Part shown: positions 48,121 to 59,025 of the stretch, one piece after another
How positions within the stretch are numbered: position 1 is the first letter of the stretch
Layout of the letters: each line of letters starts with the position of its first letter
NCBI GenBank assembly: GCA_038087875.1
Contig: JAXLNO010000039.1
Span: 1 to 64,000 of the forward strand
Direction of reading: 5' to 3'
From: Malacoraja senta
Lineage: Eukaryota
Length of the DNA stretch: 64,000 nt
Made by a program: the position numbers and the translations under genes
The notes under the pieces: generated by a model
What the model was told of the DNA's origin: nothing
Databases searched by the model: none
What the model saw: only the letters and a program-made list of their open reading frames with translations

Positions 48121-49526
48121 CTGTAAGAAACTAAACAGTAAGCTGGTTAATGGATGTTTAATGGAGGTAGGGAAGTCCAAATATTATTTTTCTCACTGCA
48201 GAGGACAAGAAATTCAGGTACGTGGGTTTGATCCACATCCATGCCAGGAGGGGTCACTACAGTGCAACCAGAAGCCTACAGCCCCGTTGATTTTTTTCGG
48301 CATTATTCAAGACAAGTCAAGAGAGGTTTATTGTCACGTGTCCCAGATAGGACAATGAGATTCTTACTCGCTGCAGCACAACAGAATATGTAAACATAAT
48401 ACAGAATGGGAGATACAAGTTCAGTGTGTCTATAGACCAGAGACCATACACAATAAATAAATAAACAAAGTGCAATAGTAATAATGGACTGTTATTGTTC
48501 AGAGCTTGTTTGATCAAAAGTCAAGTCAAGTTTATTCGTCACATACGCATACGAGATGTGCAGTGAAATGAAAAGTGACAATGCTTGCGGAATGTGCAAA
48601 AAACTACAGAACAGAATGGAACAGAATCAGTAATTACATATTTGTGGGAGAAGAAAAAAAGAAGGAAAAAAAAAAGAAAAACAGCAATTTTTAAAAGACA
48701 CCACTCAACAGTAAATTGATACAGTAAGTTATGATAGATAGTTTACAGTCCTATTGGCCTCTGGGAAGAAACTCCTTCTCATCCGCTCTGTTTTCACAGC
48801 ATGGCAACGGAGGCGTTTGCAGCTGGAACAGTCCGTTGCTGGGGGGGAAGGGGTCCCCTATGATCGTGTTGAATAGCCTGATGGCTGTGGGGAAGTGGCT
48901 GTTCCTGAACCTGGATGTTCTATCGTGGCCTATCGTGGTACTTTGCTGACCCGGACTGAATTGTGCGAATGCAACGCAGAACAGAGCATGTCAGGCTCAG
49001 ATGCAAAACCAGCTTCATTAGCTATCAAAGACGCAAGAGTCCAGATGAGGACCAGAATGCAAACCTGCCGCTGAGGGTGAAATGAATTCCTTCAACCATT
49101 TCTGACCAGCAGCGATTACATTCTTAACGCAACGGTCCGCTTGTGAATGAGGCCAAAGTTTCCTGGTGAATTACACGGCATGGTAGATAATGGCTTGTAA
49201 TTAAGAGCGATTCAGTGAGCGATCAAAAAGTAGTTTGCATCGTTCAATCAAGGCTTAATTAACCCGAAATGTTAAGTCTATTTTTTCCTCCACAGATGTT
49301 TGTCGTCCTTGGAATGCGTCCATGGAATTTGCACTGTCATCCACGGAAACAGTCCCACATTTCGCCAACTTTGCACTTTCAGAAGCCTCAGTGTAACCTT
49401 TCTGAGGGTAATGCTAAAAACAAGGTGCTGGAGGAACTCAGAGGGTCAGGAGGGAAATGGGCAATGTTTTGTACCAGGACGCTTCTTCAGGCAGAGTCTT
49501 CAGGCATCAAGTCCCATTTTTTGTAC

Positions 49527-49876
49527 GAGATGCAGGAAAAATGTTCCCAATGTTGGGCGAGTCCAGAACCAGGGGCCACAGTCTTAGAATAAAGGGGAGG
49601 TCATTTAAGACTGAGGTGAGAAAAAACTTTTTCACCCAGAGAGTTGTGAATTTGTGGAATTCCCTGCCACAGAGGGCAGTGGAGGCCAAGTCACTGGATG
49701 GATTTAAGAGAGAGTTAGATAGAGCTCTAAGGGCTAGTGGAGTCAAGGGATATGGGGAGAAGGCAGGCACGGGTTATTGATAGGGAACGATCAGCCATGA
49801 TCACAATAAATGGCGGTGCTGGTTCGAAAGGCCGAATGGCCTCCTCCTGCACCTATTTTCTATGTCTATGTCTATG
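49527..49876 (+). mobile_element. CR1/HER1-type LINE 3' fragment with exact boundaries
   Basis: Boundaries defined by the empty paralogous site at 51128/51129. Similar fragments at ~46770-46982 and ~53360-53655. Confidence 0.9.
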
Positions 49877-51440
49877 TCAATACCCTTCCCAATGAAAGAG
49901 AATAAGGGTTGGTGAATCTGCAGAATCATTGTCACGGAAGGCTGTGGAGGACAGGACAATGGATATTTTTAAGGCAGAGATAGATTTAGGATGAAGGGTC
50001 TCGACCTGAAACGTCACCCATTCCTTCTCTCCAGAGATGCTGCCTGTCCCGCTGAGTTACTCCAGCATTGTGTGTCTCTCTTCAGTGTAAACCAGTATCT
50101 GCAGTTCTATCAGATAGCCAATGCTTTCTCTCTCCATCCCCTTCCCCTTCCCAGTTCTCCCGCAAGTCTTACTGTCTCCGCCTACATTCTATCTTTGTCC
50201 CGCCCCCTCCCCTGACATCAGTCTGAAGAAGGGTCTCGACCCGAAACGCCGCCCATTCCTTCTCTCCAGAGATGCTGCCTCACCCGCTGAGTTACTCCAG
50301 CATTTTCTGTCTATCTGCAGTTCCTTCCTACATAGATAGATTCAGGATTAGTACGGGTGTCAGGGGTTATGGGGAGAAGGCAGGAGAATGGGGTTGAGAG
50401 GGAGAGATAGATCAGCCGTGATTGAATGGGGGAGTAGATTGGATGGGCCGAATGGCCTAAATCTGCTCCTATCACTTATGAACTTATATGCTAAACGCCT
50501 TCTTCGCTACACTGTCCATCTGACTCTCTACATTTAGGGAACTTTGCACCTAGCGTTGCAGTTTTCTCTGTTTGCACTCACTGGCCTCTCTGTTTCAATA
50601 GGATCAAGGCTAACCATCTCCAACTCTGCCTCCTTTTTGCACTAACGCTAAATTCCTTCATTCCCATAGGGAGATGATTGTGAAGGGATTCAGTTGCGTT
50701 TTAGTTTAGTTTAGTTTATTATTGTCACGTGTAATAATTTTATTTATGGGCGCCTTTCAAAAATCTCAAGGACACCTTACAAAGTTTAACAAATAGTAGA
50801 AACATGTAAGCAGAATGAAATAAATAGTAAAGACAACACGAGTACACAAATTAAAGAGAGAATTCAATCCAAAAACAAAAAATCAAAAACACAATATGGA
50901 AGGCAGCGAGGTTATTCACTGAATATTTCCAAATATTGCCCCCGCAAGTGCAACAAATGCTGGAGTCATAACATCACAGATGTGCTTGGAATGATATTGT
51001 CTGGCATATTCCATAGAACTCATAAATCCTAATTTAGAGAATTGTGGAATATGAGATGATATTTTCAAATCTGCAACGGACTATTTCTTCAGGCAGAGTC
51101 TTCAGATATGAAGTCCAACTTTTTGTACTCAATACCCTTCCCAACGAAGGAGAATAAGGGTGATGAATATGTGGAATTCAAGCTGGAAGGGTTACAGAGG
51201 AGATTTACGAGGATGTTGCCAGGATTGGAGGGTCTGAGCTATCGGCAGAGGATGAGTAGGCTGGGGCTCTAATCCTTGGACCGCAGGAGGATGAGGGCTG
51301 ATCTGATAGAGGTATATAAGATCATGAGAGGAATAGATCGGGTAGATGCACAGAGTCTCATGCCCAGAGTAGGTGAAACGTCGCCCATTCCTTCTCTCCA
51401 GAGATGATGCCTTTCCTGCTGAGTTACACCAGCATTTTGT

Positions 51441-51577
51441 GTCTATCAATAGTGTAACTAGTTGGATCAGAGGTCTATCAATAGTGTAACTAGTTGGATC
51501 AGAGGTCTATCAATAGTGTAACTAGTTGGATCAGAGGTCTATCAATAGTGTAACTAGTTGGATCAGAGGTCTATCAA
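51441..51577. repeat. Perfect 32-bp tandem repeat, 4.3 copies
   Basis: Unit gtctatcaatagtgtaactagttggatcagag starting at 51441, 51473, 51505, 51537 and 51569 (partial). Confidence 0.95.
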
Positions 51578-52182
51578 AGGAACAGGATAGACATGACAGG
51601 CTGCGTGGCCACGTTACTCCAGCACAGTGTTTTTTATGCAAGATTCCAGCATCTGCAGTTCCTCGTGTGTTCTCAGCCACTCACCAGGTCTATACTTGCT
51701 GGGTGCACCAAGGACCATGAGATGATAAGAATGTAGACAAAAATGCTGGAGAAACTCAGCAGGTGCAGCAGCATCTATGGAGCGAAGGAAATAGGCAACG
51801 TTTCGGGCCAAAACCCTTCTTCAGAATGATCATTTCTGAAGGAAAAAAGAGCAGCACGGTGGTGCAGCAATAGAGTTGCTGCCTTACAGAGCCAGATACC
51901 CGGGTTCAATCCTGACTACGGGTACTGTCTGTACGGAGTTTGTACGTTCTCCCCGTGACCACGTGGGTTTTCTCCAGATGCTCTGGTTTCCTCTCCTCTC
52001 GGTTTGTAGGTTAAATTGCTTGTGTAAATAGTAAATTGTCCCTAGTGTGTGTAGGATAGTGCTAGTGTACGGGGTGATCGCTGGTCGGCCTGAACTCGGT
52101 AGGCCGAAGGGCCTGTTTCCGCGCTGCATCTCTAAAGTCTAAAGAAAAAGATTTCACATGGATAACTTTCAAAAATATAAGC

Positions 52183-52210
52183 CTGAAGAAGGGTCTCGAC
52201 CCGAAACGTC
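52183..52210 (+). ncRNA. Minimal type I hammerhead ribozyme motif in a PLE terminal repeat
   Basis: CUGAAGA-A-GGGU(CUCG)ACCC-GAAAC-GUC: complete core, extra A after A9, 4-bp stem II, palindromic ACGU helix III; stem I only ~2 bp. Confidence 0.65.
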
Positions 52211-55200
52211 GCCTATTTCCCTCGCTCCATAGATGCTGCCTCACCCGCTGAGTTTCTCCAGCATTTTTGTCTACCTTCAAAAATATAAGCTTTTCTGTGA
52301 TTTAAGGAGTTTCCCACCAGAAGTGAATAATCCACATACTCACTAAATTGCCTGCAACCCGTCCCAGAGTCATAATTGTTTTGCAGTCCATCTGAAAGTT
52401 AATGTGAGGCCTATGAAATAATGCCTCTACCTTGAGCAATGCCAAGCTGCAGCCATAGGGGGGCAGCAAGGAACAATTCTACCGGTGCAAGTGGACAAAC
52501 AACACACAAATATAAAAGAAAATAAGTTTCAATGCTGCAAATAGATAAAACTGCTGGAAAGGCGAGGATGTGCAGCATTTGGAATCATGCAAGGACACGG
52601 ACTAAGTGGCGGCATGGGGCAGCACGGTGGCACAGCAGTAGAGCTGCTGCCTGCTGCTTGCAGCGCCAGAGACCCGGGTTCGATCCTGACTATGGGTGCT
52701 TGTCTTGTACGGAGTTTGTACGTTCTCCCCGTGACTGCGATGGATTTCTCCGGTTTCCTCCCACAATCCAAAGACGTACCGGTTTGTCGGTTAATTGGCT
52801 TGGGTGAAATTGTAAATTGTCAAGTCAAGTCAAGTCACTTTTATTTCTATAGCACATTTAAAAAACAACTCTCGTTGACCAAAGTGCTTTACATTGGTGG
52901 AGGTACTAACGTTATACAACAGTGGTTCATAGATTAAGTGCGTACATTGTCCCTCATGTGTGTAGGATAGTGCGAGTGTGCGGGGATCGCTGGTCGGCGT
53001 GACAACGTGGGTTTCCTCTGGGTGCTCCAGTTTCCTCCATCATCCCAAAGACGTGCGCGTTTGTCGGTTAAATTGCCCCAACTGTGTCGGGAATGGATGA
53101 AAAGGTAGGGGAGCATAGAACTAGTGCGAACGGATGGATGAATGATGGTCGACTTGGACGCTGCGGGCTGAAGGGTCTATTTCCATGCTGTGTCTCTAAA
53201 GTCAAGACCTCACAACATTGAAGAGGCATCCAGACAGGCACTTGAATAGCCAAGCCATGGGAGGCTATGGAACTAAGGCAGAATTATGTGATCAGCATTT
53301 ATAGGTACGATACGGAGAACTTCATTTATCCCACGAGGGAAATTGATCGGCCAACAGTCATAAGGATAAGAGGGAAGTCTTTTAGGACCGAGATGAGAAA
53401 ATCATTTTTTACACAGAGAGTGGTGAATCTGTGGAATTCTCTGCCACAGAAGGTAGTTGAGGCCAGTTCATTGGCTATATTTAAGAGGGAGTTAGATGTG
53501 GCCCTTGTGGCTAAAGGGATCAGGGGGTATGGAGAGAAGGCAGGTACAGGATACTGAGTTGGATGATCAGCCATGATCATATCGAATGGCGGTGCAAGCT
53601 CGAAGGGCCGAATGGCCTACTCCTGCACCTATTTTCTATGTTTCTATGTTTCTATAAAACACAAGATACATGAAACATGAAATTAAAGTGATGAGTGGAA
53701 AGGATTGGGGATGTATGAAGATTGGGGTGGTGAGGGGGAGGGGGGAGGGGAGTTAGGCTACCCCACGACAGAAGTGGGGGGAGGAGTTGTACAGTGTGAT
53801 AGCCGCAGGGAAGAAGGATCTCCTGTGGCGTTCTGTGCTGCATCTTGGTGGAACCAGTCTGTAGCTGAAGGTGCTCCTCAGGTTGACCAGTGTGTCGTGG
53901 AGCGGCAGTCAAGGGTTAGCCTGAACTTAATGGGCTGAAGGGCCTGTTTCTTCTGCTGTATGACTCTAACTGGAGTCTGTATTTTAACCACCCTTTCACT
54001 TCTGTATCCATCTGCATTTAGATGCGTCATGGTAAAAGTGATCAAAGATTTAAAGGCACCTCCTTCAAGAGAGTTGTTTTAGTTCTTACTCGCTTACAAC
54101 CAGGTAATTATTACATAAATGTTTCAACCCTTTAGGCAGTTTCAGACAAAAAGATAAATAGTTGCTCCTTTTGAAGACTTTCATGCTAAAATATTCCTGC
54201 AGACATGGGAGTGATTCACTTCCTGTGTAGGCTCAATATTGAACATAAAACATATATGTTAGCTCATTTTTAACTTTTTCATGATTTTGGAATCATTACA
54301 GTGCAATAAATTCAGATGGGACATTTTAATGCATCGTTCCATACAGTGTGGAAACAGACCCTTCAGTCCAACTTGCCCACACCGACCAACATGTCCCATC
54401 TACACTAGTCCCACCTGCCTGCATTTGGTCCATATCCCTCAGAACCTCAGTTCCCTTATCTAATGCCCCTTACATCACTTATAAGTTCATGTTCATAAGT
54501 TATAGGAGCAGATCATTACAGTGCTACATATTATCAATAAATTCAGACGGGTGCTGTAAATACATCATTCCCTTATCCAATGCCCAGTACATCATTTATA
54601 AGTGCATAGGTTATAAGAGCAGAATTAGACTATCCATTCAATCATGGCTGATCTATCTCTCCATCTCAACCCCATTCTCCTGCCTTCTTCCCGTAATCCC
54701 TGACACCCGTACTAATCAAGAATCTATGAATCTTCACTTTAAAAATATCCATTGAATCCTTAATAAGATCCATGATGGGAGACTTTGTGCAAATAAAATG
54801 TTGGGGGGGGGGGGGGGGGGGAGACGGTAGAAGGGTCCTTGCCCAAAGCATCACCTATCCATAAGATATACACAAACGTCTCTGGAGAAAACGGATACGT
54901 GCCCAGCGTGGCACGGTGGCGCAGCGGTAGAGCTGCTGTCTTACAGCGCCAGAGACCCAGGTTCGATCCTGTATCTTTGGCGCTGCTAGGCAGCAACTCT
55001 ACTGCTGCACCATCGTACCAGCCTCCTGCTACTTACGTCTGTGGACCAAGCAGGTCGAGCTGCATCTGTGGAGAGGAAACTGCCAAGTTCACGGGGTAGC
55101 CCCATGCTGAGAGACAAATTATATCGGTGTGCCGGCGGTGAAGAAATTGGGGTGAATCTGGATGTACTGGAGGACAGGACAGCAAGGATTCTGCTCCGAA

Positions 55201-56529
55201 GCACCACTAGTCAGATAGAGGATATGAGTGAGTTGATGCTAGGCTGAGCTCCAGTACTGACTTATTGTCCAGGGTCACACGCCAAGGTCAGAGTCAATCA
55301 TATAGCATGGAAGCAGACCGTTCAGCCCACTGAGTCTGTGCGGGGATCACTGGTCGGTGCGGACTTGGTGGGCCGAAGGGCTTGTTTCCGCACTGTATCT
55401 CCAAACTAAACTAAATCAGTCTGAAGAAGGGTTCGGCCCGAAACGTTGCCTATTTCCTTCGCTCCATAGATGCTGCTGCACCCGCTGAGTTTCTCCAGCA
55501 CTTTTGTCTACCTTAAACTAAATTAATCTTGGGACCAACCTGTCATGAGGGATCTTGTCAAATGTATATAGACACAAGGAAGTGTCCTATATAGACATAT
55601 CGAAGGGCCGAATGGCCTACTCCTGCACCTATTGTCTATTGTCTATTGCAGATAGACACAAAGTGCAGGTGTGACTCAGCAGGTCAGGCAGCATCTACAG
55701 AGAAAAGGGATGGGTGACTTTTCCGGTTGGGGCTCTACTTCAGACTGACCCAGCACTTTGTTTCTATCTTTGGTATAAACCTGTATCTGCAGTTCCTTGT
55801 TTCTGTACAGTGAAAAGCTTTTGTTGCGTGCTAACCAGTCAGCGGAAAGACGATACATGATTACAATCGAGCCATTTACAGTGTACAGATGCATGATAAA
55901 GGGAATAACGTGAATAATGGTTAGTGCAAGATAAAGCCAGCAATGTGTGAAAATGACAGATAAAAGCAGCGATGATCAAGGAAATGTAGAATGTTCATGT
56001 GTAGGACGGAACTGCAGATGCTGGTTTAAACCAAAGATAGACACAAAAAGCTGGAGTAACTCAGCGGGTCTAGACTTAGACTTAGATTCCTTTATTGTCA
56101 TTCAGACCTTTCGGTCTGAACGAAACTTCGTTGCCTGCAGTCATACATATAATAAATAACAAAACACACAATAAACACAAATTAACATCCACCACAGTGA
56201 GTTTCACCAGGCACCTCCTCACTGTGATGGAGGCAAAAGTCTTAAAGTCTCAGTCTCTTCCCTCTTTGTTCTCCCTCTGCGCTGAGGCGATCCAGGGCTT
56301 CTGACGTTGTGACCCCGCCGGGTGATGGTAAGTAAGTCCCGCGGCTGAATCCGTGCTCCGTCCACGACGGGCCGGTTCAAACTCCTTCTTCAGACCCTTC
56401 TTCAGACTGAGAGTCAGGGGAAAGAGAAACGAGAGATATAGATGATGATGTAGAGAGATATAGAACAAATGAATGAAAGATATGCAAAAAAAGTAATGAT
56501 GATAAAGGAAACAGGCCATTGTACGCTGT

Positions 56530-56557
56530 CTGAAGAAGGGTCTCGACCCGAAACGTC
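56530..56557 (+). ncRNA. Minimal hammerhead ribozyme motif in a PLE terminal repeat
   Basis: ctgaagaagggtctcgacccgaaacgtc, core intact. Confidence 0.6.
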
Positions 56558-57856
56558 ACCCTTTCCTTCTCTCCAGAGATGCTGCCTGTCCTGCTGAGTT
56601 ACTCCAGCTTTTTGTGTCTATCTTCGGTTTAAACCAGCATCTGCAGTTCCTTCCTACACATTGTTAGACAATAGACAATAGACAATAGGTGCAGGAGTAG
56701 GCCATTCGGCCCTTCGAGCCAGCACCGCCATTCAATGTGATCATGGCTGATCATCCCCAATCATCCCATATCCCCTGATTCCGGTATTTTTAAGAGCCCT
56801 ATCTAGCTCTCTCTTGAAAGCATCTGTTAGCTGTTTTTGTTGGGTGAAAAGGAGAAGCTACTGCGACTTGGGTGGGAGACGGAGGGGAATGCAGGGGTTA
56901 CTTGAAGTTGGAGAAATCAATACTTGAAGTTGGAGAAATCAATATATTGGAGCCTGTTTAAGAAAGAACAACAGATGCTGTACAAATCGAAGGTAGACAA
57001 AAATGCTGGAGAAACTCAGCGGGTGAGGCAGCATCTGTGGAGAGAAGGAATAGGCGACGTTTCGGGTCGAGTCCCAAGGGGAATGCAGGTGTTACTTGAA
57101 GTTGGAGAAATCAATATATTGGAACCTGTTTAAGAAAGAACTAAAAGATGCTGGAAAAATCGACTGTAGACAAAAAAGCTGGACAAAAAAACTCAGCGGG
57201 TGAGGCAGCATCTGTGGAGAGAAGGAATAGGCGACGTTTCGGGTCGAGACCCTTTGAAGGGACCCATCCCTTCTCTCCATAGATGCTGCCTCACCCGCTG
57301 AGTTTCTCCAACATATTGGAGCCCGTTGGTTGAACGTGAAGCGCTGGTGCCCTCGGGGATCGGCTGCTGCCTGCGGCGAGGAAAGGGTGCAGGCAACAGG
57401 CGTGATCTGCTTGCCTCTGGACGGTTGCGTGACTGAGTGTGCATAGTTCAAGTTGCTGTACCTGCCATGAGATTCCTGGCATCTCACGTCCCCTCAAGTC
57501 ACGTTCGCACGCAACCCCGCTTTTTGTCTCCTTTGCACGACAGCCGATTGTTCAGACCGGACAATTACTCCTTTTCTTGTTGTTGGATCCGGTTACACGC
57601 GAGCTCTGCGTTTTTATAAACCCATTGTATCTCGCTACACGACTGCTCATAGCGCGGGGAGCAATTGTAAAATCACCCCTCTACAGTGTGTGTGTGTGTG
57701 TGTAAAACACTTGGAAACATTCCAGCGCCGATTCCTCTGCGAACGCATAAAAGTATGAACAGAATGTGCCAAAAAAAAGTTGGGAAGTTCCATTTTACAA
57801 CGAAACAGGTTCAGAGTCGAAAGGTTTGAGGGTGGAAGTGTAAACCCACGAGTTCC

Positions 57857-58253
57857 ATGAAAAGTCTCTTGTCAAAATTAATCTTTTTTTTTCTTCTGTG
57901 AAATGTGCAAATCAGCAATTTAAAAAATAAAATTAAAAAAAAATTGGGTGGGGTGGGCAATTTTTAATATAATTTTTTTTTATTTTGGGGGGGGGCAATT
58001 AAAAAAATTAAATTTAAAAAAATTGGGGTGGTGGGGGGGGCCCCACCCCAATTTAAAAAAAAATTATATTAAAAATTGCCCCCCCATCCTAAATTTTTTA
58101 AATTTTATTTTTTAAATTGCTGATTTGCACATTTGCACAGAAGGGAAAAAAGATTAATTTGCCCCCCCCACCCCAAATTTTTTTAATTTTATTTAAAAAT
58201 TGCTGATTTGCACAGAAGGAAAAAAAGATTATTTTTTACGAGAGACTTTTCAT
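57857..58253. repeat. Foldback/palindromic element built from modular A/T and G/C runs
   Basis: Ends atgaaaagtctcttgtcaaaattaatcttttttt and aaaaaaagattattttttacgagagacttttcat are reverse complements; internal modules tgtgcaaatcagcaattt/aaattgctgatttgcaca are mirrored about ~58040. Confidence 0.8.
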
Positions 58254-58722
58254 TCTTTATAATTCTTTATAAAGAATGCAAGGGGGGTTTTCACTTTTGA
58301 AATAAAGATGAGATCAGATAAAGACTGGACCCGAAACGTCACCCATTCCTTCTCTCCAGAGATGCTGCCTGTCCTCCTGAGTTAATCCAACTTTTTTGGG
58401 TGTATCTGAGATTTTATAGAGGTGTATAAAACCAGAGCAGGGGAATCGAGAACCGGAGGACATAGGTTTAAGGTGAGGGGGGAAGGATTAGGAACCAGAG
58501 GGGTGATTTTTTCCACGCAAAGGGGGGTGGGTGTATGGAACGAGCTGCCGGAGGAGTTAGTTAAGGCTGGGACTATCGCAGCGTTTAAGAAACATTTAGA
58601 CAGGTACAAGGATAGGTAAGTTTAGAGGGATTTGGGCCAAGTGCAGGCAGGTGAGTTGTGTAGATGGGACATGTTGGCCGGTGAGGGCAAGTTGGACCAA
58701 AGAGCCTGTTTCCACACTGTTA

Positions 58723-59025
58723 ACCCCCTGTCCCATGGTACGAGTTCATTCCAAGAGCACTCCCGAGTTTGCCCTGATTCGAACTCGGAGATTTACGGTA
58801 ATGGCCACTCGTCGGTACTCGGGGCTCTTGTGGACAATTTTCATCATGTTGAAAAATCTTCACGAGTCTTCCCGTGCTTACCTGCCGTTAGCGAGTCTTC
58901 CCGAGTACCTGCGGTTAGCGCTAAGAGACTTCCCCGAGCTCCGACGTACCGTGCTTACCACGAGTTTGATTTTTTTTAAACTCGGGAGAGCTCTTGGAAT
59001 GAACTCGCACCGTGTGACAGGGCTA
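58723..59025 (-). mobile_element. PIF/Harbinger-type MITE, subfamily A, reverse orientation
   Basis: Reverse complement of the 3270 element; inserted in a CR1 tail; TTA/TAA flanks. Confidence 0.85.

Noticed and set aside
51441..51577. CRISPR-like 32-bp repeats
   Set aside because: Units are contiguous with no spacers; eukaryotic context and no cas genes.
55041..55247. 68-aa ORF in partly unique sequence
   Set aside because: Starts in degenerate PLE-like sequence, has no recognisable domain and no clear splice context.
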